Source of the DNA: Klebsormidium nitens
Lineage: Eukaryota > Plantae > Klebsormidiophyceae
Direction of reading: 5' to 3'
DNA length: 64,000 nucleotides
Assembly: GCA_000708835.1 (NCBI GenBank)
Contig: DF237300.1
Coordinates: forward strand, 1 to 64,000
Notes under the pieces: model-generated
Databases searched by the model: none
The model's input: only the letters and a program-made list of their open reading frames with translations
Told to the model about the DNA's origin: nothing
Translations under genes and position numbers: made by a program
Shown: piece after piece, positions 12,193 to 24,154 of the stretch
How the letters are laid out: each line of letters starts with the position of its first letter
Position numbering within the stretch: position 1 is the first letter of the stretch

Positions 12193-15100
12193 ATGAGCTC
12201 GTCGGAGCTTGCTGCAGGGGATGGGTCGGTGGACAGCAAAAAGCCCAAGAAGAGCAAAGGCTTCTTCCATTCTGTGACCTCGTATGCGTCGAAAGCAGTG
12301 GGCACGGTGCACAATGGTATCAGCAGCGGCATCAGCAGGTAACACTGACCCCCAACTAGTCTGATGGCAGTTTTTAACGTTTCGTTGAAAGTCCTTTGTG
12401 AAATCCGTGAAATATTATAGGGACGGTAGGTGCACACAAGCATCTTTCTGTGTGCAAATCTGGATGCGGAAGATCTGATTGGTTCGTACAAGAAATGAGA
12501 ATTGAAGGAAATTGATTGTTGGGTGTGTTTATGGTTTGCTTGTAGTTCCTTGGATGTCATTAGCTGGAGCCGTGTTAAAAATGGTTCTTTGCGGCGTGCC
12601 AGAAGTTAGGCGAACCAAGTGCGCTTATTTATTGAAACGTCGAACTTGAAATCGGTTGCCTGGATATAATATCAGAGTATCTTTCTTCGATTTGCATTTC
12701 CAAAGTTGACAGCAAACTATCTATTGTGTGAATTTTTTGCATGTCAAATTGTACCACCTTGGTTGGAAAGGGTGTGTTCGCCGTCGGTCTCCTGGTTCAG
12801 CGGTTTTGGTGTTGCTCCATGCGAAGAGGGGCAGATGGCGTTGCATGCAGACGACCTGGCTTTTGTCAACGTACATTCTTTAAAACACTCCATTTTTCCT
12901 GGGGATGCCAATTAGGGTTTGTTCAGAAGTGCTCAAAGATTGAAAGTCGGAAAGGGACCTCCAAGCAGAGAGATCTGGGAGGGCAGCTTTCCTGTGTTAT
13001 ATGTAGCTGAATTTTCTGTCTTCCACAATTGATGGGAAAATGTTATACGAAAAGTTTTGCCACCTGAATTTACCTGCAAACTTGTTTAGAAGTTTATTTG
13101 ACTTGTAACCAAACAGAAGGCAATTGCGTCTGAATATGAGTACACGAACGGATAATACCAGGTCATCGCCGCTTAGACATTCAAATTTTGCGGCTCGTGT
13201 GTGCCACTGCAATGGAAAGAATGCATTACGTTTTAGCCCCTCACCGCAAGGCCCGCAATACGGGCCCCAATCGCAGCCATACGTGGGGCACTGTCTTGGC
13301 AACTGAAATTTTCGGAAAGGCGCTCTGAACAAGTGTCTGAGGGTGTTGCGACTGTTCCGAACTTTCGGCTATCGCCCAAAAGACGAGGCGTCAGAGGATG
13401 TTGGATCTTCTGGACTAGAAATCACTTTTGCACTGTCATCTCTTACCATGCAAACGGCAGTACTTCGTTTTGGTATGATAGTGGTGCCCTTTTGTGGATT
13501 GCAGTGTGTTTAACATCGGGAATGAGGACATGGAGGTTACGGCTCCCGACGGAGGCGAGGGCGATGCAGCGTCGGAGGCAGGGAAGGGGCGTTTCAAGAA
13601 GGAAGTAAGCACAGTCCCCATATTCTCTGCCCTTGGAAAGTGGTCCCTCGTGTAGCTTGTTAGAAGCTGATGCGTAGGTTCAAGAGCGTTGCTTTGCACT
13701 GTCTGAGGGTTAAGCACATCTGTGCGAAAGTCAATGTTGGACAGAAGCGATGCATTTGTAACGGACGTCGGTTACAGCATTTGCGTAAGGGAGGATCCTT
13801 GTGGCCTTCAAACGTTGGAGGGCAGCGATTTGGTTGAAAGCCTGCGTATAGAAGAGGCAGTCCGGTTGTGGCCCATCTTGCCTCCGTGACTACGCTCAAA
13901 CCCATGTGTCCTCATGCATTGTTCGTCATAAACTGGTTTCCTTGTACTGTGCAGTCTAGAAGAGTTTTGGTATATACTAAGCTCGCACTACCTCCTTGCC
14001 CCGCTTTTCCCGGGCGTACTCTACATTTGCGAAGTTCATTTGGCTGCTCAACATGGATGTGGAAAAAATCTGGTTAACAGTGAATCATAGTGCTGCATTC
14101 TGGCTGGCAACACTGACCGAACGTCTCGCCACCTGTCCAGGAGCAAAGCCAGCTGTGGACCATGATGCACAAGTACATCGGCGCTGACGTCACCTCCCTC
14201 GTGACGCTCCCGGTGTTCCTGTTCGAGCCCATGACCACGCTGCAGAAGATGGCCGAGGTGAGCCCATTCCCATAAAAGAGTCTGTTCACAACAATGGACC
14301 GTTCACATGGAAGACCGACTTCACACAGGAGGGCCCTTTCATCCGGAGGGCCGTGTCTTTCTGAGGGCTGACGTGCATTGCGAGCCGCTTCCAGGCAAAG
14401 GCCCACTCACAGAGTAGTCTGGTGGGCCTGTTCACACTGGTTGCTGACGTTGTACAGCAGAGTTGAAGCAATACGGGGGGTGCTTTGTAAGGAAGTCTCT
14501 TTGAATCAGATCTTGCACGCTGAAATTAAGGTCTAACTCACGTCCTACCACGGAGTCGGAACCACACTTTAAGATTCGTCCGAGCTTAAAGGCATCAGAG
14601 CGTTGAACGGCAGATCAGTGAGCAGTTCCTCTTTTGAGAAGTGTGGGGCACGTCGATCGGCAGGCTTCAAAATGGATCACCATGCTGACGTCATGCTGGT
14701 GCCCGGTGCAGCTTATGGAGTACACGGATCTGCTCAACAGGGCGGCCGTTGAGAAGGACCCGTACGTGAAGCTCGCGCTGTCAGGTGAGCAGGCTCATTA
14801 GAATGAGAACTTCGGAAGCGAAACATTGACCCGAAACAAGAGGGGGACAGACGACCGGGGCTTTCCCGTCCTCTTGTATCCTCGTTCAAAGATTGGCCGC
14901 TAGTATTGCAGCTCTCCTTGAGTTCTGCCAGAGCTTGGTTGGTGCCAGTCACAGAATTAACTTTACAGTCAACCGAACAGTAAGGCATAAAACGGGTCCA
15001 GTTTTACCGACTGTTGAAGATCTGCTTTGGAGCATGCCGCCAGTTCGAGGATATTCTTGATAGAAATCTTTTCCACGGGATCCTTTTTCCCAAGACCTCT

Positions 15101-18100
15101 CCCCAGCTGTTTTGCGTGGTAACTCCTCTATCCAAATTCGGGAATCGTGCCCTTAATCGAGGATGTGTAACGGATGTTGGGCCAAACTGCACCCACTGCA
15201 GTCGAGAGAATCCTCCAAAGATCGGGTAAGAACCTTGCGTAGATGACCGACCCCAAAAGTTCAGCAGGTCAACTCGCTTAAAGTCACTCCGACTCTGTAC
15301 AAAGCCCTTGATCTCCCGGTCATACGTCATGCTGACGTCATCCTGCGCGCTGTCTGCAGTTGGGTGGGCGCTCTCCCCGTACTACGCGTACCAGCGGACG
15401 TGGAAGCCGTTCAACCCGATCCTGGGCGAGACGTACGAGTTGACGGGCTACAACAACATTGACTACATCGCAGAGCAGGTAAGGGATCAGGTGCCTAGAG
15501 TCACAGGGCTATTTGATGTATGCAGGTTTATTTGACTTCTCTCTGTGTGTTTGACTTCTCTCTTTGAGTGGGTTGGCACACTTCTGTTTTCTGCTGATTT
15601 TGGCAGTGCGCATCGCGGATGAAGTATGAGGCCAGCTTCTTCCCCGCGCTCGTAACAAAGTTTTGGCGAAGCTTGTCCTCTATTTGGATTGCGAAACTAA
15701 ATGCGAAACTGAACTTCGCTTGGATTTCTTTTGAACCGAAAAGTGTGCCAAGTAAAGGTTTGCGGAACAGATGAAGGGAAAAGATGGGCCTTGGTGACAA
15801 AGCCGCTGGGCTAGAAGCTTTTTTTCCAATTCAAAAGAGGTCTCAGGAGCGACTTGTAAGAAAACGAGATCAACGGCCACTTGAGCTCTAGAAGAACTGA
15901 AAGCAAAGTTTCATTCGTGCAACTGCTTGGATGATTGGAACCAGGCTGCCGGTCAGGTTGAGTGGCCTCCCAAGAACGAGAGTTGCAACTTGAAGATGGT
16001 GACTGATTTGAAAGTCTGAAAAGCTCGGACGTCCCTCCAAAACTCTCGGCAAATCGAACTGGTCGTACGAGCCGAATAGACACGCGTCCATCTCACATGT
16101 TTTGTCATAGAGTGCCTTCCACGCAGAATTTTGTAGGTCGACTCGGACGATGTTATTGTTTTTACCGTTTTCAAGGCCTCTTTGTGGGCTAGCTTGTGCC
16201 ACTGTACCTGGACGCAAGTGCTTTAACTGTTTTCATTCCACAGCTTTCTGATCATAACAGCTTGCGGTCATGTCGAAGTCGGATTGCGCTGCGGTGCGCT
16301 AACATAAGGTGGAGAATACTTTGTCTTGCTCTGAGGTTGCGGTGTTCAAAACTCTGAAGGTTGTAGATGGCAATGACGACACAGCCAATAAGCCGAATGG
16401 CTCACTGGCTTTTTGTGCGCTTCGATATCAGACGCCATGTTTTCCACCAAGAAATCACTGAATTGTAGAGACAAACTCTAGAATGCTGAAAGTGGTATAT
16501 GAAAAGCACGCACGGGAAGCCTGTCTAACGCCAAAGACGTTGATGGGTTGGTGCAGAATTCTTCTTGCGGTCCACCAAGCTGAGTACTTTTCAAGGATTA
16601 TCTGATTTCACGAGTGTTGGCATCGTGGCGTTCGGGTTCGTTGCTCCCGTGTCGGTCTGCTTGGATGTGGTATGTTGGGCGTGCGTAAGCACTGGGCGCA
16701 TTTGACGAACATCTGCCACGTGGCATCTGTTGAACGATCAACGGTCGTACGGGCCTTCTGGTGTCGTCAAAGATTGAAAGGATTAAGATAGGGTCATTCG
16801 GGAAACAGTCAGCGTGTGCAAACCGTCAGTCGGGACACTTTCAAATGGGTATCAATCAGCACCCTTTAACAGATGGTCGAACACAGTCTTTTTTTTCCCA
16901 CTGTCCAAACGCATGCGCCTTGTACTTTCCAATCTTACTCTTGCTTCCTGACAACCACGAAGCCACTCTCTGGGCTCGATGAGTAGCACACGCAATTTGA
17001 CATCTGTCCTTTCTCCCCCCCCCCCGCTTTCAGGTGACCCACCACCCCCCCATGGGCGTTGCGCACGCTGAGCACCCCCTGTGGACGTACGACTGCATTT
17101 CCAAGCTCAAGACCAAGTTCATGGGCAACTATTTGGATGTCACGCCAACCGGCCAGTAAGTTGTGTCAAGCAATTGGCCTTTCCGGTTGTATTGTCAAGT
17201 GGCCTAGCAGGCAATTGTCGTGGGTAGTTACGAGACAAGTTTTGTGTGCTTTTGTGTGCCGCCCTCTCTGTTCGTCTGGATCCTTATGAAGGGCTAATCT
17301 GCTCCTCAACAACGGGTAGGTTTGTAATAGTAAATGGTCTTTCTTTGCGGGCAGTTTAACATCGTTGATTGTATGGAGATTCAGTCCTTGGCTTCCGTGT
17401 AAGATTTGCAAGTCACCTTCCTGCAATTCTAGACTTTGCCATATAGAGGCCCTTGCCTGACGTCTGCCTCGTGCTGCCTTCCCTGCAGGACACGTGTTCG
17501 CTTCCGGGAGACTGGCGAAGTCCTCGACCTGGTTCCGCCTATGACGAAGGTCCACAATCTGATCGTCGGGCGCACGTGGGTCGACAGCTACGGAGATATG
17601 GTCCTTACCAACATGAAAACGAATGACGTCTGTGTTCTCAATTTCAAGGTGAGCGGATTTTTGGCCCGTGCCGGGACCCCTGTGTGCTTCGAGATTGACT
17701 ATGGGCTCATTACAATCTCTGCGTCCAGATCTGAAGGTTGTGCAGTCTCGTTATTGTTTTGCAAAGTAGGAATACCCACACGAATAGTCATGACGGTCCA
17801 GAATCCGCAACACGAGCAAGGAGTTCTTCCAGGATGATAGCTGGGCAAGATGCCTTGATTTTACCTCAAAGTTCGATCACAGCTTGCCTCGCACTGTCAA
17901 ACTTTGAACTCACGGCCCTTCGCTCTCAGGCGTGCGAGAGAGTCTGGTCTGGCCTAACAAGGTACCTAGAAAGTGCTAATTGGAAAGAAAAGACAAGTGA
18001 AAATTCGATTCTCTTGGCAATTCTGATCCGAACCCCGAATTTGACGATGCTGATACTTTCAGGCGTGCGGGTGGTTTGGGTCTGGCCGCCACGAGGTTTC

Positions 18101-21100
18101 CGGGTACGTCGAGAACGCGGCGGGCGAGAAAAAGCTGTACATTTGGGGCAAGTGGACCAAGGCCGTCTGGTACAAGGCATGCAAGCCCGACGGGGAGCCC
18201 ATTGAGGGCGCTGAGGAGGTGGGTTAGTCCTGGGTCACTTCTGGTTATTGGAGGTCAAATGTGGGTTACTTGGGGGAAAGCGGGGCAAGTGGACCAAGGC
18301 CGTCTGGGACAAGACGTGCAGAGGCCAAGGGAGCTTATCAAGGGTGCGAAAGGGCTTCGAAGATGATTGTTTTAGGAGCGCTTGCGTTTGACCTACTTGT
18401 CTGCGACTTTAGAGAGTTGCGTCATGCATGCGGGTTGTAGAGTACATTGAAGCGGTCAAAGCGGGACGACCTTAAAGGGACGGATCGACCTTTCAGGGCG
18501 CCGAAACGGCTGGCAAGCTCGGAGTTCTGTGTCCTTAGACGTTTGCGACCTCAGAGCCTGACCCGAACAAGGTCAAGCCGTGATCTTTCAGGGACGGACG
18601 TCGCTTGAGACAAAAAGAACCATCGTCTGGAATGTTGTCGCAACTCCGTGGCATCGCTTGTATGTTGTACGAATCTTCTGACTTTTTGTTTGCTCTCCTG
18701 TTCTCCGCTGCAGGTGCTGATCTGGAAGCTGGCGGAGGTTCCGAAGAACGACAAGTACGACTACACCTACTTCGCGCACCTGTTGAACTCGTTCGACACG
18801 GCGCCGAAGCCGGTGCTCGCGTCGGACGGCAGGATACGGGGGGACAGGCTGGCGCTCGAGCGGGGGAACACCAAAAAGGCTGGCAGCGACAAAACCAAGT
18901 GAGTCTCTGCGTTTCGTCACTTTGATGTTGCCGGTCGTCACACTTTTGGACATGTGATGTAGTTCGTGTACCTCGGGTGCGCTCGAACGGGGGAAACACC
19001 AACAAGGGTGGCAGCGACAAGACCAAGTGAGGCTCTGTCTGTAGAGGTTCGCTTGCGGGCTTAATGCCTTTGAAGTTGATCGAGTAACCGCAAATTGCAG
19101 TTGCCGCATAATATTTTCGCCACCCTTTCCACCTGATGGGGGTCGGCGCTTACCACTCAACACCCTAGAAATGGCATACCCTGGCAGGCTGGAGTAACGA
19201 CGATGATTCGAGCAGTGCGGATTCGTCAAACTTCCATAATCCAGAATTCTGAGCACTATTTCACCGGAAGTTCCTTCTCCGGACCTACCACCCTGAAAAT
19301 CCCTACGACTTGGACTGCCAGAATCTTAGATCAGATCTGGCAGGCTAAATGAGAGGCAAGATTACTAGCAGTGCACATACATCTAGGTCCCAAAGCCTTC
19401 GCATCGCTTTTTGTACAATCCGTTCCTCCCCCGTTATTAGCTTGCTAAAACTTGACATCTCGAGTCTGCCAGGTTGGAGGAGCGGCACCATTACGACCAG
19501 GAAACTCGTTAGGTCCAATACACTTCTAGATTCCTATCTGCCTCCAACCCCTTTTTTAATTAAGAACATCCTGAAATCGAATCTCAGAATTCCTGCCAGG
19601 CTGGAGGAGCGGCAACGGACGAGCAGAGAACTTACTAGGTTCCCTAAACCCCTCAATCTATAAACGCCTCAAACCCTAAAAGGACTTAAAAGGATTTGTG
19701 TTGATACCCTGAACTCTGCAACTCAAAACCCTGCCAGGCTGGAGGAGCGGCAACGGTACGAGCGGCGCGAGCGCGAGGCGCGCGGTGAGGAGTGGACCCC
19801 GCGCTGGTTCCGGCCGACCGGAGAGACGGCGTGCGACGGCGAGCTGCCAATCTTCGAGTTCACGGGAACGTACACGGAGCGGGTCGCGGCGATCAAGAGC
19901 GGGCAGCTCAAGGACGGGCTCGTCCTCACGGAAGAAGGTGGGAAGCCTAAGGATATGCAGTCTGCGGTTTTCTGTCTAACTTTTTGTGGTTGCGGTTTGC
20001 GGTTTGCGGTATGCGATGTCTGATCTGCGGTTCGTGCTTGATGATCTACCTTTCCTTACGTTCTGGTTTCAAGGGTGGTTGCACTTGCTGTTATGCAAGG
20101 AATGACCGGATTGGGGAGATGGGGCCCCTCGTTTTGATCTGCCTTGGGTTTGGGGATGTTGGGTTTGTTTTGACGGTTGGGACTTGAGGACTGCAGTCTT
20201 GTCCTCGCTGTGTACATTCAGTATTCTGCTCCCTCGCGTCGTTGTTCAGAGCCAACGACGATAGCATAGCCTCTGTGAGCATGCGGGAAGACAACAGCTG
20301 AACCCTTTCTAAATGGTTTCCTTGCAACAGATAAACCGTACTCTTTCTTCTGATGGTCCGGAGCAGTTGTTTCCAATCATCGATGGTTTTATTCAAGGGT
20401 CTTTTAAGCTTTGACATTTGTGCAGCACCATTGCCAGGGCTACTTTCATCGACGGAATTCGTTACGGGTGTATCTAGTTCGATGCAAATATAACGGGAGC
20501 TTGGTGTAACTAGGCTGGCCACCTTTTCGTACAACCTGGCATATCGCCCCTCTGCTCCGTACAGAAACAGCCCCTTCAGACAGGGCCCCTCACCGGCACA
20601 AGCGCCATGTTTCCAATTTCCGCAAGACGAAGCACAGCCACGATTGGCCGGCTTTGTCGCACACGGGTAAGGGCGGCAAAAAGGGTGGTCACCGGTCGTT
20701 TAGGCTCGGAACATAGGTTTGCGGATCAGCGGGTCTGTCTCGCAAATATCACTCGTTTTCCCAGTACTATTCGGGACTGTTGTCTTCGGCTGGCGGCTGT
20801 CTTTCTCACTGGCTCCCCTTGCCAGCCTCCTCCTCACTTGCATGAATTGTCAATGGTCTTTAGAAATTTCCATCTCACAGCGGGTGCAAAAATCTTGCCG
20901 GCCAAGTGTGACGACTGCCTGATTGCCAATCTGCATGAGAGGCTTTCCGTCCAGATTCCGCCAATCACTTGTTTCCGTCTCAAAGTGCGCTGGCTTGGAA
21001 CTCGACAGTGTGCATCGGGTAGTGTTTCCACAACTTGTGTCTTGGACTTGTCGTCGGTGAACGGAGGGTGAACGGAGGGTTAGTTTATATTCAAAGCGCT

Positions 21101-22075
21101 GTGTTCCAGCGTTCATCGGTTCTATCTGCGCAAGAGCACACGAAGTGTCTTCACTTTTAAGGTTTGCGTCGCAGTATCGAGGTAACTTTGGACCCAACGC
21201 GTCGACCAGTTTTGTTGATCCGTGCCTGATGTTCAGTAGAGGCATATACGTTTGCCCAACACCTTTTCTTTCGCTGCCTTCGTGCGCCGATGAAGAGACG
21301 CCTTTATGGCCACCTTCATGGTGCCCGCCAGAAGTGCGATATGGCATCTCTGACTGGCGCGCCTTAGACCGAACACTGGTTAACGTTCATGTGTCGCCTG
21401 GTCAGACCTGTCTGTGCTCGAGCGAAAAGCCGTGTCTCTCTTGCCCCTTTCTCCCCTATCATGCTGCTTCTGACAGCTATTTTTGTACGTTTTTCTGTAG
21501 CTCGCAGACTTGGAACGAGCTTTGCTTTCAGGTCTGGTTAGCAGGTCTTGGCAAGACCCGGAGTCGAGCGACTGTATAGATGCAGCTCCTTGGTTGCTTA
21601 TCAGCTTCTCACGTGCCTTTTGCCATTTGCCTGTGGTGCACCTACTACGAGTGGTGGCGTCTGAATTTTCTTCTTTTGTGTCCTTTCTTTTGAACGCCCC
21701 CTCTCACATGTATCCACCCTCGTTCCGAGCTTGAGGGCTGTGATCTCGAAAAACCTTGTTTGTTGTTTGCATCAGATAGCTTACATCCTCCTCAGCATCA
21801 CGTATTCATCTCCCGCCCTCTTATGCCCTGCAGAGGACCCGTCCGACAAGTACTCCCCGTGGCAGTACAAGGCCCCCGAGGAGGTTGAGCTGCTCGGGGC
21901 GTCAAATCCCGACCACAATCTGAGCAGCTCGTCGTTAACCGAGTCGCTTAAACCGGTCGATTCCCAGAAGTCGGATCCTGTCCTGTCTGGGGGTGGGGTT
22001 AGGCCGGTGGTCAAGCCTGGTTTGATCGATCCGGCCGCGATTGACGCGGTTGTCTCGAAGAAGGCTGTGGGGTAG
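12193..22075 (+). CDS. ORP3: oxysterol-binding protein-related protein, plant ORP3 type, ~539 aa, 11 exons
   Basis: Exons 12193-12338, 13505-13604, 14141-14257, 14712-14784, 15360-15478, 17034-17155, 17489-17648, 18063-18218, 18714-18898, 19738-19937, 21834-22075. Motifs: [49 protein letters not shown] (OSBP signature), LEERQR, SPWQY. Confidence 0.95.
18281..18313 (+). repeat. intronic copy of part of ORP3 exon 8
   Basis: GGGGCAAGTGGACCAAGGCCGTCTGGGACAAG versus exonic GGGGCAAGTGGACCAAGGCCGTCTGGTACAAG (~18145-18176). Confidence 0.85.
18980..19031 (+). repeat. intronic copy of the ORP3 exon 9 3' end plus donor
   Basis: GCGCTCGAACGGGGGAAACACCAACAAGGGTGGCAGCGACAAGACCAAGTGAG versus the real ...GCGCTCGAGCGGGGGAACACCAAAAAGGCTGGCAGCGACAAAACCAA|GTGAG. 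Confidence 0.85.
19181..19618 (+). repeat. four decaying tandem copies of the ORP3 exon 10 acceptor and exon start
   Basis: CTG(C/G)CAGG(C/T)TGGAGGAGCGGCA-like motif at ~19181, 19337, 19466 and 19592; the real junction is at 19731-19738. Confidence 0.8.
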
Positions 22076-22773
22076 GTGATTGTGTCGACTGTGTATCTAC
22101 TGGGTGTATAAGGTGGTCGGTTGGGGAATGGGTATCTGGGACTACGTTTTAGGCAGCCCCGCTGATTGTAAAGCTTTTTTGCTAGCATGATGTTGTGCAG
22201 AATTCGATCCTCTCTGTTTATAGCTTGCGGTCTGTGTGGGAAACATGCATGATGCCATGGTGTCAATCAGCCCTGCACTCGACAGGCCTAGAACATGGTC
22301 TCTTCATGCCCGTCGGATGGTACTTTATGGATTCGAACGACGATCTGGACATGCAGTCCTGGGATTCAACTAAGAAGGGATTTCGGGGCATTTGAGGTTG
22401 TATGGAGCTCAGATTATGAAACGAAGCTGCAGATGTGCATATCCATGCAAGCACTGGCAAAAGTGACGGTCAAGTGACCATGCCTTGTTGTTTTATATGT
22501 ATAGTTGTAATCATGAGTTTCCATGCAACTTACGTCATGCCATCGCGCCATGTGAGGATGCAATTCTGTCACTGTTGTGCAAGCTGAAAGTGTTTCAGTT
22601 GGTATCGTCCGCATGATATGAAGAACCTAACATGCCCTAGATTGAGCGTGACTAGTAATCCGACGTACATGTGCTCGTAGCTAGGCTAGTGACGAGGAGG
22701 CTTGCAAGGGAACCATGTAACAATAACCCGGAGGCCGAAAACTCAAAAAATGCACATAACACGTGGTTTCGTT

Positions 22774-23090
22774 TACCGTAGTGGAAAGGTATGATTCCGA
22801 ATGGTCGAAAATGGCAATTATTTAATTGAATACGACTTGATTTGCGGATATATTTAACGAATCCAACCCTGAATCCGAATGTGACCGGGAACGGGTCCCG
22901 AGCACATTTTTGCCCCAGAAAAGCCGTTTTTAGTATGCCCGGTTGATTATTTTGCAATCCGATAGCACTCAAGCAATTATGTAATGAATGCGAATTACCA
23001 CTTTCCGAACCAAAAAGTGGTAATGTAGCTTTCCGATAGGCAAATAATTATTTATTTATTTTTTCGGATTCATACCTTTCCACTGCGGTA
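22774..23090. mobile_element. MITE, Tc1/mariner-like (TA target duplication, ~26-bp TIRs, ~313 bp)
   Basis: TA-CCGTAGTGGAAAGGTATGATTCCGAA ... TTCGGATTCATACCTTTCCACTGCGG-TA with 2 mismatches; AT-rich non-coding interior. Confidence 0.8.
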
Positions 23091-24154
23091 CCTACTAACC
23101 TTGGCAATTGTCTCAAACAGTTGGTGCCCTCAGCGATCATGGATTATTCGCGGCACCTGAACTTGAAGTAGCCTGGTGATTCGATCGACTCAGACGAACC
23201 GCGGGATGCCAAACTGACGGTTCATAAATAAGTAAAAAGCGCGCGCGCGGTAATTGAAACACCAGCCGGCCTCTGACATGATAGACGGTCATGCGGCTGA
23301 CTGTACTGCACAAAGTCAAGTACAACAGTGTGTATGACACGGGCAACAAGCAAGCTCGACCAGTGTAGAGGATCCAATCAGTGGGCTCCTACATGCTGCA
23401 ACTCATGATAGATAGCCTAAGATAGGTACGGTATACCTACTCTGATCTGGCGGGACACTTTATCAGCAGGCTCACGTCAGGCTGGAAATGATGACAATGG
23501 GCCGGGTGGTACTAAGATCCGGAGATTCGCTACCCGTGACGTTTTATTGCTTGCACAATCCTAGTAGCTAGGCGTGCAGCTGCACGTATCTAGCTTTTGC
23601 TGCTTCATGCTGTATCCCAAGAATTCTGCCTTCGTCGTCGAATTTGCCGCACTGCACGATTGGACTGCTTGACTGCACTAGTTTGGGCCCGTCCTGGGCC
23701 GAGTCCGGCAGTGTACCTATCCTGCCAGAGAGTGTATCAGTCTTAAGAGTCCAGCTGAGATTGCAACCATCTACGACTTGCAATATGGTACCATACTAGA
23801 TGGACGATGGAGTTGAGCTGTGCAGAACTCCCACGTGACGACAATGAAGCGCCCTAGCTCCGCTGATGGCGTCACCTGTGCATGCGGGCAGGCTATAGCT
23901 AACCTGACTAGGTAAGCTGTCTTCAGATCCAAAAAGAATGGAAGGAATGTCCATTGGCCATTGCTAGGCTACGAGCAAAGAGTGCTGCATAACCTGGTCA
24001 AATCGAGCTCCTTGTGTGATTCTCAGGTCCCCAACAGGTGGAGCATCAAAATTTGTGGTTCAGTCACTGTTGAAACCAAGGCAGAGGAAGCATGCATCCT
24101 AGAATCCTGATCTGCTTCCACATGCCACATCTAAGCTGAGGTTTGAGCTCGCCA

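Noticed and set aside
18535-19256. Minus-strand ORFs of 222 and 163 aa
   Set aside because: They overlap ORP3 exon 9 in antisense and have no recognisable motif or splice support.
19655-19682. CCCTAAA telomere-like motifs (also ~49558-49580, ~53030)
   Set aside because: Only 1-2 imperfect units each; not an interstitial telomere array.
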